Notes under the pieces: generated by a model
The model's input: the letters and a program-made list of their open reading frames with translations, nothing else
What the model was told of the DNA's origin: nothing
Databases searched by the model: none
Shown: piece after piece, positions 48,362-60,539 of the stretch
How positions within the stretch are numbered: position 1 is the first letter of the stretch
Layout of the letters: each line of letters opens with the position of its first letter
Translations under genes and position numbers: made by a program
Assembly: GCF_011745625.1 (NCBI RefSeq)
Contig: NW_027191463.1
Coordinates: 62,001 to 126,000 of the forward strand
Source of the DNA: Cladosporium halotolerans
Taxonomy: Eukaryota
Length of the DNA: 64,000 bases
Direction of reading: 5' to 3'

Positions 48362-50058
48362 TCAGCTGCTGAACACCTCACTTGCTCCTCCGTTTGACGA
48401 GTTCGCTCTACGTAACCGGCACTTCAATTCGTATGGCTTCTGCAATGGCCCTGCCGACTTGGGAATGCGTTCGTGTCTGGCGGCGGCTGACTCCGGCGCC
48501 AGCTCGATCTTGTCGTATCGCTGGACGAAGCGGGCTAGGATATAGCCCAGCTCCGTCATGGCGTAGGACTCTGTGAGAACAAGTCAGCGACTGCAGCGCA
48601 AGGCAGAAGGTGAGGTCTCGTGAACTCACGTCCGATGCAGTTGCGGCGCCCGGCGGAGAAGGGCGAATACATAACGCCTTCCTTCGGAAATCTCGACTGG
48701 TCTTCCCATCGCTCGGGCTTGAATTCCAAGGCGTCGTCTCCCCAGAGACCTTTGCGCTGATGCATCGCGTGGACGTGAATCAGGACAATCTGGCCTTTGC
48801 GGAGAGCGACGGGTTGGGATCCATCCGGACCGCCGCCGACAGGCAATACCGTATCTCTCGTGGCCTGCCTTGAATTGATCGGCACTGGCGAGTAGAGCCG
48901 CAGAGCCTCTTGCGAGACGTAGTTCAAGTAGTGACAACTTTTCAGACGGGCTGGGTCTCTGACCGACGGGTCGCCAGGAGGGAACGCTCCGAGAACAATG
49001 GACCGGAGCTTGTCGAAGACATGCGGGTGCTGGCCTAGCAGCAAGAGAGTCCAGTGGAGCGTTGTGCCCTGCGCATCTCTGCCGGCGTTAAACACAGAAA
49101 GCGCCTGGTCCTTGAGCTCCGTGGGATCGCGCGTTTGCTCGACAAGCGCGGACAGGAGATCGTATTTCGCGCCTTCTCTCGCATGATCACCGCCGAGCGC
49201 CTTCTGAATGTACTTATCCGGCATGCTTCGGAAGATGTCGCGGCTCGCCCTGAACGCCTTGGTGTCCAGGATCCACCCGGGCACCTGGAAGCGCAGGCGG
49301 AGATTGATGTATTCCGAGACGCGGTCATACGCGTCGGCGAACTCTGCGCCTCCGATGCGCTCCGCGTGGCTCGGCTGCTGAGGCCCGCGCTCCGAGATGT
49401 TCTTCTCGAGGAAGGCCTTTTGCGAGCCAATGCTCTCGCCGAACAGGAAGTCGGAAGCGATGTCTGTGACAAGGCGGTAGATGAAAGGCGAGATCTCGCC
49501 GCTGGTCGTCCATCCATCGGCCTCGACGCCTTTCTGCTCAATGGCTGTCCAGAAGTTCTCAAGCTCGAGCTCGACCGAATCGAGATTGTTGAGCAACGTC
49601 TTGGTGAACTGTGGCCTGAGCATGGATCGAGAGTGTTCCCATTCTGCTCCGTTGGTCGTGAAAATGCTCACTCCGGTGACTGGCCTGAATGCTTTCCTCC
49701 TGGTCTCTGACACTTGGTAGTCTCGGAAATTGGTGATATATATGGCCTTGCAATTCTGCGGGTCCGCTGTCTCGATGAGTTTACTGCCGCCGGGCAAAGT
49801 ACGTTCGAGGGTCGGATGATCCTGGACGGGTGGGAGGATGAGGTCTTCTAATATGTCCTCGTTCCGCTTTCGAGCAATGAGAATTCTGTACATTCGGTGC
49901 AGGCCCCAGGGAACAGGCCCATCATCATTGTAGGCTGGTGAACAGCCGTGAGATTTCTCGAACAGGCGGAAACGACGCTCTCGCTCTGCAGACGCACATA
50001 CGCGGTAAAGGAGGTAGCAAAAGAGCGTAGGGAATAAGGCGTTCAAAAACAAGGACAT
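48362..50058 (-). CDS. Cytochrome P450, CYP52-clan-like (alkane/fatty-acid hydroxylase type)
   Basis: SIFTTNG.EWEHSRSMLRPQF, AGRD, EALRLY.PVP.NSR.A.RDTVLP.GGGPDG, PERW, heme motif FSAGRRNCIG; intron 48571-48629. Confidence 0.92.
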
Positions 50059-50467
50059 TGGGGAATCTCACCTCATGCGAAGGTGTTGCACGTCTGGGAA
50101 AGGTACGGTAACTGAACTTTTTTATATTTGTACCCTTATCCTTGCGATGACGTGGATGGAAACTGTAGCTCTATTCGCTGATCAAAAAGTAGATCGCGCA
50201 CAAAGAAAAGCAGTCGATGGGCCCTCCGCCTGACTAGGGCTGGTGGGTCCCGATGGTGGAGTGGTTCAACGCGTCGATCATTTCAATACTGTAGAATGAG
50301 CTCGGACCGAGTGCCCATCATTAGGAAGTTCACTGACATCATGCGTTGCTTCAGTCTTTACGGTCCTCGCGGATGCACGTATCTGTGTTTGGCCATATTT
50401 ATTCCAGACTGGTAATCTCCTGCAAGTGGACGACGATGCAGTATCTGTGTCTATTCGATACATGTTG

Positions 50468-52246
50468 CTACACTACTTTCCTGACCTGTACCGATGGGCC
50501 AGACACGCTGGCGCCAGCGTAGGATACATAGGTACGATCTGCGCATCGGCCACTCTTCGCGGAAGCGCAGCAACCTTCTGGACCCGGTGCCAAACGCATG
50601 TCGTATGTGTATAGTGTCCTTGCAACCGTAAGGTTGAGTTCCATCTCTGCCAGGCCCCTTCCCACACAGATTCGAGGACCTTCACTGAATGGCTTGAAGG
50701 CCTCCTTGGCTTTCTTGTAGCTCTCCGTCTCAGTGTCGAGCCATCGCTCCGGCTTAAAGGTGTTAGGCTCGGGGAAGCATTCCCCGTTGCGGTGCAATGC
50801 GTACAATGTACTTGCAACGTCGATGCCGCCGGGCATGAACGTGCCGCCAATGAACGCGCCTTCAGCAGGTATCCTGCGCGGAAGCGGCAAAGCTACAGGC
50901 GGGACCATACGCAAAGTTTCATCGATGCAAGCTCTCAGATAAGAACATCCCTTCAAGGTGTCGCCCATGCGGATGTCGTCGAGTGAGCTGAAAGTCGAGC
51001 GGATTTCTGCAGTTGCTTTTTCCAACACTTGGGGATTGTGCAGCATGTAAAAGAAGATTGAGCTCATCGTTGGTCCGGTTGTTGTAGTACCTGGCAATCA
51101 CTTGTAAGCTTCCTGTGTTGGAAATTGTGTCTGAGTCGGGATCAAACGAGCAGCCCTGCATGCAACTTACCAACTCCAAGCATAACAAAAGCTTCCAACC
51201 ACATGTCCTTACCCCTGAACTCGCGATCTTTCTTCCCACGATGAGATGTCATCATAGAGTCGAACAAGTCTCGAGAAACTTCATTGATACCTTGCCTCCT
51301 GCGCTCAAACGTTCTATCGGTTGCCCACTTCCCAAGGGTCAGGATGCCCTTACGTGCCACGGCAAGCATGATTCGATCGAGCTTCAATTTATAGATCCAA
51401 GGTTGCATTGCGCACTGCTATCGTCAGCATTCATTTCGCGCTCAGAAGCTGGGCATACTTACAGCTACAGCGCGCTGTCCGGCGAAGTCCATCACAGAAG
51501 GTATCCAATGGTGAGTCTCCGATTTGAGCAGAGCAGGGTCATCGCCGAAAGTGAGGCCCATCGCGATATCGGTTGCAAGGTGAGTGCATTTCTCACCTAG
51601 GTCATGACTGGCGGACCACAATGCATCCGGCCTCTCGCCTGCATCCGGGTTCGCGAGCGGCTGCACCAGATTTGAAAGGAAAGTTGAGATGACGCCAACC
51701 ACCCGCTCCTCAGACCGCTGCATCATCGAGCCATTCCAGGTCGCAAGATGAGGTTGTCTTTTGGTATTGACAGTCTCTTTCTCAATTGCCGATATGGTGT
51801 TGGGGTCATGGCTGGCACTAACGGCGGCGTATCGTTCGCTTTTGAGCAGCTTGCTAGGGCCTGCGTACAGGTCATGATAACTCGAAGGTTGGTTGAAGAC
51901 GACAAATTCCGGACCAATCCTCACGACGGGACCTGCGTTTCGGTGTTAACTTCAGGTTGCTATGCAGAAGGTGCTCGTGGCGATGGTACGGACCATATGC
52001 ATTGTGCCACTTATTGATTTGATAATGCAAATTGCCCTTGAGCGCAAAGTAGGAAATGTACCAGTCGGTTATGGCGGCTAGCGGAGGTCCAGGAATTGCA
52101 GACAATGGATGGAGGCGTCGTGATGCGTAAGTCTTCCAAAATGCCTATAGGTGGTAAGTGAACCGCATCGTCAACGAGACCTAGACTACACATACGTAAG
52201 CGACGGTAACGACAGTGGTTGCCAAAATAAGCGTAAGCCACTGCAT
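50468..52246 (-). CDS. Cytochrome P450 (benzoate/trichothecene hydroxylase-like clan)
   Basis: N-terminal anchor MQWLTLILATTVVTVAY, HPLSAIPGP, YGPVVRIGP, ETLR, PERW, heme motif FSEGPRICVG; four introns. Confidence 0.88.
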
Positions 52247-53300
52247 ACCGTTGGAATCGAAGGAGATGTGGGAACAACGACTCTGTGGGGTACGAATGCG
52301 GCGCAGACGGCAATTTGGAAACGATCCTCCGTTCAAGACCAGCCCAATACCATGAATGTGCGGATGGATCTCGATCTTATGTAGCGAGCGAAATCACTGG
52401 GACGAAAATCGCAGGTATGGTGATGTCGGCAAACGCCGTGCGAGGGCTCAACGGGTCTAGTGCTAATGTCGGCAGATCGAGATAAGCAGATTCAGTATAT
52501 ATCACAGAGCTAGAGGTCCGATGATACCGCCACGGACACGCCAGTCTAACGCTATCCTGGTAATCGCATACTTGATAGACTTTGGAAAGCCGGCATCATG
52601 TTACAAAGACCGTATCATCTGTCTCATCTCACTCAACAACACTGTTTGGACGTGCACTCTGTACTGCGTTGATACTGAAAGCATGGGACCGACCACTACG
52701 TCTTCGCCGATCCGGAGGTCAACGGCGGGGCCATGCTCGTGCTGGGAGGTGCAGCGAACGAATGATGTGGTGAAGGGAAGTCCAATTCTTACGAATGACT
52801 TATGGACCTACTGCTCTTAGCCGATGCGCCGGGCCGTCTTTTAGCGGCAATTACGACATCTATATCTCACCCAAGTCTCCAAGGTAGACATTTCGATTGG
52901 ACAATCAACAAGAACTGCCAGGATTGTGCTTAACGTCTGCCCTTAGAAGCTGAGTCGCGGTCAGCGTCACGGGAGACAAAGCGATCAGTGGCCCGCCGAC
53001 GTGGGTCCCTATCGGAGCTCCATCGCTGATCAACGGCACATGTCAGCGGGCGGCAGAGACTAAGTGTGCGGCAACCCTATTCGTACAAGAGTGTTTCGAC
53101 TGGGAATCACGGCTTGCATCATGTCGATTCAATTCGTAAAAGTGCCGCAATGCTTCTACGATCGCCTTTGCCCCTTTCTTACTTGGCAAGGCTCAGCCAC
53201 GTTCACTGCGCCCTCCATGACCCGAGCCAAATGTGATCAATTCGTTCAGCGGTCAAAGGTGTTTGAAGCGGTGTCCATTTCATGATACTTCGTTCAAGAG

Positions 53301-53956
53301 ATGTCTGACCTCGAAACGAAGCAGGCTAAGCGCGATGCTGCGTTGCTCAAGAGGATGCGGAGTCATCTCCAATCAAAAGACCTGATAAGTCGTGTGGGTT
53401 CATCTGGTTTTCCGTGTCAATACACAATGAGAAAATACTGACTTAGAACGCGGCCGCACAGCACGATCCCAACCAATATCTGCAACGATGGTTTGCAGAA
53501 ACCACGCTCGTGTCCGCCTCCAGCGGGCAGAACAGCGACGGCAGCCTCGACTGGCGATTTCCGGTGCAAAAAGAGTATCTGAACTTTGTTCATCAACTCG
53601 CGGGAGGTGCACAGGCTGCACTGCATGATGTCTGTACCGGATGGACTCTGTTCACCGTCGCGAAGCCTGGCTACTGGGAATCCTTTGGCTCTTCAAGGAC
53701 GCTGAACATGTCATATTTGAAGATAGCAAAAGAAGGCGAAATCCTTCGTCTGAGAACAAAGGTCACACTCCCCGGGACTGAGCCGACATTACGTCGGTAG
53801 TCGTTTGCTCCCGCTGACAGAATATTATAGATCGTTAGCATTGGCTCACGTGTGGCTATGATCAGAGGCGAGCTCTCTCGGGAGAGCGATGGCCAACTAA
53901 TCAGTACAAGTGAGCATCACATGCATAACAATGATGTGTCCAGGCCGAAGTTGTAA
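53301..53956 (+). CDS. PaaI/ACOT13-like hotdog-fold thioesterase
   Basis: Spliced product contains YLN..QLAGGAQAALHD, GSSRTLNMSYL, G..VAMIRGEL..DGQLISTSEH; two introns. Confidence 0.8.
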
Positions 53957-54753
53957 ACCTCCGAATGGGGTTGCCTTTCGATGAACAAGGTGAAGGTCAG
54001 ATGGGAGGCGGCCGAGGCCAAAAGTCTGCGAAATCGCCAGCAGGATCGTGCCGGGAGATGGGAGAGATCGATCAGTTGGAAATTAGTTTGTCCCAACAAT
54101 TTGGGACACCGCATAGCCGTGTAAACGAACCGCATCAACCGCCCGCGTGGAGAAGTCAATCGTCCAGATGATGCATCTGTTAACAAGGAAGCAAAAGCTG
54201 GGATGTTTTGGGGTTCTGTTGCGCATGTGTACTGTAGTGCATCGATCTGGGCATATGAAGTTGGTCTAATCATGTCCGTCTTGCCAGGGAGTGACTAGAT
54301 CCCGCGATTCGGAGTAGCGGTTCGCAAACGTAAAGCTTGCTGTGACTGCTTTTCGCCTCAGCAGTGATCGCCAATACACCTGCCAGCGAGTAGTGTCATA
54401 TCTTACGTAGGCGCCGCGCAGCTACAATCACTGGGTCGCAAAGTGTCGTTCGTATTCTTGCTTGGCTTTCATGACATTTCAGCTGGGATAAAACGTTCAA
54501 TGGTGAGTGGATACATCACACCGATAACCAGGAAACCTGAGGTTAGCGTTCAGGACTTATGGAAGAGGAATACCGCTTCTCATTAAACTCTACATTACAC
54601 GAGTAAATACAATATCTTGGAAATCTAGTGGCCACCTAAGGTGCCCCAACACCATGCGGAGTCTAGGCCCGATTCAGAACTTCGTCAAATCATTACCAGA
54701 ACGCCGAATACTCGCCTACGAAGAGGGATATGGAAACAGGTCCTCCATCGCCC

Positions 54754-56634
54754 CTAGAGATCTTTCCGTGCATGCTTGGAGTAGTTGCGACGGAGCATTG
54801 GGCCATACTGTAGAAGCAGAAGGGTCAGCACTCGGCACACAACAGAAGGCAGGAAACAAAAGCGTACCTTGATAAGCACGAAAGGAATAGGGATGAAAGC
54901 AATGCTGATGAACGCGAGCGTGCTGCTGGCCCAGCCGACGCCGAGGTCATTGTACATAGCTGTCGCGAAGAGGGGGAAGCCTAGGAAGGTAACCGTCAGC
55001 GATGTCTTCCAAAGTCAAGCCAATCGAACAAGTAACTCACCAGCGCCAAACGCGGACCTCATGAAATCGTTACCCGCAAGCACAGACGCCGCGTACTCCG
55101 GGTACGCATCGGGAAGGTAGTTGAGGATGCTGTTGAACAGCAAGAACGTGCCGATCGCGAACCACGAGCTGCCGATGATCGGCATGATCCAGTGGACCGA
55201 CGCGCGCGAGCTCCAGCCGAACCAGAAGAGGCAGATGGGGATGCAGAAGGCGCCGAACATGCAGGGGTAGAGGCGCTTTTCCGGCTGCAGCTCGCCATTC
55301 TCGTCGAACTGGGGCTCTAGGAATTTGTGCAGGTAGATGAAGTAGGGCGGGATAATGATGAGGGCGCCGACGAGGATGCCGAGGTAGGCAGTGCCTTCGA
55401 GGCCGAGGCTGAACCCGTAGATCTGGATGAAGACGATGACGAAGGACTCGAACCAGATATACAGCAGGCCGTAGATGAGGGCGATATAGAGGTTGAGGAA
55501 GAATACCATCGGCTCCGTGAAGTTGAGCGTGAAGGGGCGCACGAGCGACATCATGACGACGTCTTTACCGGTCATGTTCTGCGCCATCAACTCGGGTTCG
55601 CAGATGAGCTTGTTGTTCCCAGTGAGTTCGCGCAGACGCATGGTGCGGCGGAGGAGAATGTTGTTGGCAGATGTCTCGGGGAAAAAGAAGAAGAGCAGGA
55701 CCAGGCAGAAGGCGCTGAGCCACATCAACTCCCAGATGGGCCAAGTCCATGGCGCTGTGAACCCGCCTCCCAGAGGAGCGGCCTCCACGGCGAATCCACC
55801 AATCAGGGGACCAAGAGTCGGACCGCAAATCGCAGAGATGCCCCAGATTGACATAGCATACGCGCGTTTGGCTGGGCGGTAAATGTCCGCGAGAGATGCA
55901 CCGCCGGTAGCCAGGACAGGCGAGCCAAAGAAGCCTGTGAGGAAGCGGAACGCGAGGAGCATGCCAAAGTTGCTCGCCAGTGCTGTAGGCGCCTGGAGCG
56001 CAACAAAGATGGCCAGAGTGACCAGATACACCGGGTTACGCCCGATGTGCGGGATCTCACTCATTGGCGAAAAGATCATGGGTCCGATACCGTAGCCTGC
56101 AACGAAAAGGCAGAGGCCGAGAGTCGCCGCGACACGACCAACACCAAAGATGCTCATGACACTCTCTGTTCCGGCGGAGTAGATAGATGAACCGATGTAC
56201 ACGGACGTGGTCAAAAGGCAGATTTCGAACGTGACGAAGACCTTCTTGCCCGTTGTCCAGTTCTGCGGGTTTTCCGGGTCGTTAGGACCATACCATGTCA
56301 CAAGGTTGATGTCTCTGCCCTTCTCAGAGTCGACCTTCACGCCACTGGCCTCGTTATATCCGTCGCCGACCTGCGTCCTGGAAGACGCCTCTGAGTCTTC
56401 TCTGCCGGTCTTTGCCTGCTCGTCTCTCGTCCGCATGCCGCCCAAGCCCTGGACTTCCTCGCCATCCTCGGGCGGTTGAGTGGTACCGTGGTGGGCGAGA
56501 TTGGCTGATTTCTTCTCGTCGATAAACTGTTTCCAGAGTTCCGGGTCCTCCTCTTCCGCATATTTGAAGTATCGCTTGCCGGACACGAGGCGCACAATCT
56601 GCCCGAAGGCAGTGTCGCGCATGAGTCCCTTCAT
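54754..56634 (-). CDS. MFS drug:H+ antiporter (DHA1; Flr1/Caf5-like)
   Basis: WYGPNDPENPQNW, PMSEIPHIGRNPVY, LATGGASLAD, PETS, PEKRL, YAASVLAGND; two 3' introns. Confidence 0.93.
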
Positions 56635-57532
56635 GCTGAATGCGACAGGCTGTGTAGTATGGGCAATGAACAAGCACGTGTGAGGTAGTCGCAAGCAGTC
56701 AAAGAACCGCGACCGAACAAGGAGACGGGGGGTACTTATTACAGAAAGGATATGAAATGATGCACCGAACGCGACGCGAAAGGACTCCCAAAGCGACTAC
56801 ATTCGGTCCATCAGACGGCCCTCCGCGGCGTCTCGCGAAGTATTCGTTCAGACAGCGTCATGGATTCAGTGGCCAATGCGGCCATGTGTGGGAGCAGAAG
56901 GTCAGGGCGGAAGCCCGAACGCCCGAAGCATCCGGGCGATCAGTGAAGGGCACGGTGGTCGTCGCAGAGATGGGCGGGATGCGATTTGCTGATGGCCGAT
57001 TTACGAAGGAGCCCAGATCTGAGATCGTCATCGACGTGCCAACGTTTGCTTGTCGGTGCTTCGCGGGTGGGGCCTGTGACGCGCTTCTTTCGACGTCCAA
57101 GTAGATCGTAAGGCTGGGCTCGGATGGGGTAGCATCCACTTCCGATGTTTACAGAGTGTGGTGGACAGCGGATTTGACAGTATATTGTCCGTTTTAATAA
57201 GCCATCTCCATAGTGTTTGGCGCAACTCGATTAACTCAAATGGTGTTCATCGAACAGCTTCTGGTCAAAGTTCATGAACAATCTGGACGTTGTAGACACT
57301 GGAATCAGGAAAACCATTAATCGGCTACAACGACGACAAGCAGCAGTATCAATATCCCAATATACTGGACGAAAGATGACAGAGTTCGGTCACATGAATT
57401 TATGGCTTTCCAAGTCGATTGATGATTCACTATCATGGCAAGGGGGACAGAGCACTTTGAAGGATGACCCGCGTAGGGTTAGGGTTGGGGTTAGATTATC
57501 ATTCCATACAAGAGTACATAGCGATCACCTTT

Positions 57533-60145
57533 TCATGCGAGTTCTTCGTAATCGTCATCATTCCAAGCGTCGTAAATGGACTTCTCTTCAGCGCTGGCTT
57601 CCTGTCCAGAGAAGAGACCTTGTCTCTCAGACAATCCTTTCACAGGCGTCCCTTCAACCAGCGCCTTCATCGGCGCCTTGTCCTTCAGGTTCCCCATCAC
57701 GGGCGTCTCCCCCACTCCAAAGCTGACCTTTCGCACCTTCAGTGGCGTCGAAGCTACCGGCGCTTTCGACTTACGTCGTGCCGAAGGCGATTCGCACAGG
57801 CTGACTGGCGCTGCGCGGAAAGCCGTTGGGCTGACATCAGCGAACCTGCTGCCACGAGAGGGAGTCTCCGCGATGCCAGCGGCACGTTGTTCTATGCCTG
57901 TCATCTGATGCGAGGTCTGAGGTATTGCCGGCGTGCCGTCTATGCGCGCCAGAGGGGGAGCAACGCCGTAGCGACTAGACGATGAAGGGACCATTGACGG
58001 CTGAGCGCTATGGGTGCTTGCTGGGACGAACTGAGCTGTCGGGCCTGATTTGACACGTTTCGGGGTAGCCGCTACATGCACGCCCTGCGTTCTGGAGGAG
58101 CGAGAGGACTTCGCCAGCGTTTGTGCGAATCGCTCATCGGCCCTCGCAGCAACTTCCTTGGTCGCCATCGGGCGGTTGGGTTTCCGGGCGTTGTTAATGG
58201 CCTCCCGGACCTGTGCTTCCGTCTCCCTCTTCTTTCGAAGCTTCTCCGCTGCCGCAGCAGAATTGGCGTTCAGATCTACCTGTCGATGTGTGGATGAGAG
58301 TGACTTTAGAAGGTCTTCGCGAGGCCTGCGAGCTGCTTGTGGCGGTGCTGCAGGTATAGCGGAGAGAAGAGGCTGTGAGTCCTCGCGCTTGATAAGCGCA
58401 GAGTCCGTGGCTGAGCGATGCAGGCCGGGCATTTGTTTCGTAGTGTGATTCAGAGTCTCCGTAGTGACTCGAGAAAGCGGCTTTCGGGGCTGCTTCTCTG
58501 GCCGCGAGCGTAAGGCTGGCTCGCCGGGTTTGCTTCGTGAAGAAGTTGATTTGCGCTTCTCCGGCGACGGTGGACTTGGCCCTCCCAGTTTCTTGTTCAC
58601 AAGCGCCGCTTCTTTTGGCAAGCGTGACATGAAGAAAGGTACGATGATCTCGACACAGAAGTCCCGCAGATCGTTGCTCTGTCCTTTGCCTTCTGCTGTA
58701 TTGCCGTCGTTGACGCGACTGCTGGCAGGCGTGTGTGCTTCCAAAGATTGCCAGATGCACAATCGGTCGAGCAGAGTTTCCAGAAGCGAGTGCAAGTCTT
58801 GAGGTTTCTTGCTCTTACGCTTTGGCATCTCGGTCGCTGTCTGTGTCTCCGTCTCCTGGGTCTCGATGTTTTGAGACTCTATAGCAAGATCAGAAACCTT
58901 ATTAGGTTGCTGATCTGTATTGGTGAGAGTTGTCTCTAGAAATATCGTCTCAAGGATCATGATAACCTGCAGATAAGTTTCCCGCGCCCTCAAGCCGGGA
59001 ATACGTCGACGCAGAGCAGTATCGATGTTTTCGGGAGACGTCGTGCTGCCAGAGGGTTCTTCTCCGCGCCACCACTTTTCGAGGTATTCCGGTTCATTCG
59101 TGAACAGACCAGCCTTGTCACGCTTGGGCTTGAACTTCCTCTTTCGACGACTCTTGCTTCCCTTGTCATCCTGAATAGGCGCGATCACGGGTAGGTCTTT
59201 GACGACGGCTGGAACCTGATCGCGATACTTCTTGTCCATCACAGTGGCCGTAAGAATAGAATTCCGCAGGAACTCAACCAGCTGCGAAGCCTGCGGAGAG
59301 TCTTCGGTCCCACTGGTAAACGCAGATCTGGCGCGTGAAAGTGGTCCTTTCGCGAAGTATGCGAGAGAGGTCCTGGAGAGGTACAAAGCGTCGAGATACT
59401 GTTTCGCAAGTTCTTCCAAAGGATCCAGGACAGTATTCTCTCCGGATTTGGCATCCGCGTTCGAATTATGAGGCAAAGGTTCCGCATTGCCCTCTGCCGA
59501 GTCACCGATCTCTTGCAAGTCATCCTTGACAGGCCTTGTGCCAGGGACAGGCGGAGGGGCTTGGGACTGCACCGACAATCGCAGAATCCCAGATACCCGC
59601 GATGGGCTTTGCGAATCCGCTGACGGAAGCGATACTGCAGCACGCGACCACCACGGTGACGTACCGGTTTGCTCGTCCAGCTTTCGCTTCACAAACCGCT
59701 CAGGCTTTGCACTGTTGACCTTGGACAGCCGAAACATTGTATCCTTCGTAACCCATTTCCCTAGGCGACAAAGTGCATACACGCGCTTTGCCGCACGCTC
59801 GACCGCATACAGGCGACCCTCCTCCCTCTGCTCAGCCACAAGAACGTGTCCATCATCTCCATCTTCATGACTCGACTCGAGTATCGGAATCCGCGCGGTG
59901 AAGAGTCGGCTACCCGAGCCCTCTGAGTCCAGGAAAGCTAGCGGCAATTGCTGACGCCGCAGCAAACATAGTGGTGTGAAAGAGGCTGTCTTCGCAAAAG
60001 GATCATCTCCGGTAGGTCGTACGGCGAAAGGTCTTGCGTCGATCTCGCTAGGCAACCCGGTCTCCGCTTCTTCGTCTCGTTTCCGCTTCTTTGCGCTCAG
60101 TCGATTTGCGGATTCAAGGATAGGCGAGGCACTAAGTAATGACAT
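57533..60145 (-). CDS. SLD3: DNA replication initiation factor Sld3
   Basis: QYLDALYLSRTSLAYFAKGPLSRAR, RETYLQVIMILE, LLDRLCIWQ, FCVEIIVPFF..RLP; C-terminus rich in S/T-P CDK sites. Confidence 0.88.
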   Translation of the reverse strand: MSLLSASPILESANRLSAKKRKRDEEAETGLPSEIDARPFAVRPTGDDPFAKTASFTPLCLLRRQQLPLAFLDSEGSGSRLFTARIPILESSHEDGDDGHVLVAEQREEGRLYAVERAAKRVYALCRLGKWVTKDTMFRLSKVNSAKPERFVKRKLDEQTGTSPWWSRAAVSLPSADSQSPSRVSGILRLSVQSQAPPPVPGTRPVKDDLQEIGDSAEGNAEPLPHNSNADAKSGENTVLDPLEELAKQYLDALYLSRTSLAYFAKGPLSRARSAFTSGTEDSPQASQLVEFLRNSILTATVMDKKYRDQVPAVVKDLPVIAPIQDDKGSKSRRKRKFKPKRDKAGLFTNEPEYLEKWWRGEEPSGSTTSPENIDTALRRRIPGLRARETYLQVIMILETIFLETTLTNTDQQPNKVSDLAIESQNIETQETETQTATEMPKRKSKKPQDLHSLLETLLDRLCIWQSLEAHTPASSRVNDGNTAEGKGQSNDLRDFCVEIIVPFFMSRLPKEAALVNKKLGGPSPPSPEKRKSTSSRSKPGEPALRSRPEKQPRKPLSRVTTETLNHTTKQMPGLHRSATDSALIKREDSQPLLSAIPAAPPQAARRPREDLLKSLSSTHRQVDLNANSAAAAEKLRKKRETEAQVREAINNARKPNRPMATKEVAARADERFAQTLAKSSRSSRTQGVHVAATPKRVKSGPTAQFVPASTHSAQPSMVPSSSSRYGVAPPLARIDGTPAIPQTSHQMTGIEQRAAGIAETPSRGSRFADVSPTAFRAAPVSLCESPSARRKSKAPVASTPLKVRKVSFGVGETPVMGNLKDKAPMKALVEGTPVKGLSERQGLFSGQEASAEEKSIYDAWNDDDYEELA

Positions 60146-60243
60146 GCTCGCACTATAATAGTCGCCGCAGTCGTAGCAATAGCATGGCTAAATATGCATT
60201 GGAAGCGGTGTGGTATGAGAGGAGTGATATGAGGCCGAGTTGG

Positions 60244-60304
60244 GCGCGTGGACGTGTTTGAGGTGCATCGACGATGTACGCGCTTTGGCTTCAGCTTCAC
60301 GCGT
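60244..60304. promoter_or_regulatory. MCB-like elements upstream of SLD3
   Basis: ACGCGT at 60299-60304 plus GCGCGT (60244) and ACGCGC (60278), 100-160 bp upstream of the start codon. Confidence 0.5.
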
Positions 60305-60539
60305 TCGTGAGCTGCGAGCAAGCGCCCCCGCCTGCGGGAGGAGGCGATGAATGACCTCACCTTGACCAACAACACCCTCATACGTACAGAAACCCTCTCA
60401 TGAAGATGCAAGCACCGAAACCTCACCGGGATTGGCGGTTGGCAGGCTAATGTCTATCCACCTCCACACAGTAAGCCATTGTCTTCCACTTAGCGCCTCT
60501 TTAGCCATTTCATGACATCTCATACGTCCCCGATCTGCC

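Noticed and set aside
57474..57494. Telomere-like TAGGGTTAGGGTTGGGGTTAG downstream of SLD3
   Set aside because: Only about three imperfect units in a 3' flank; too short to indicate a telomere, fusion site or telomerase template.
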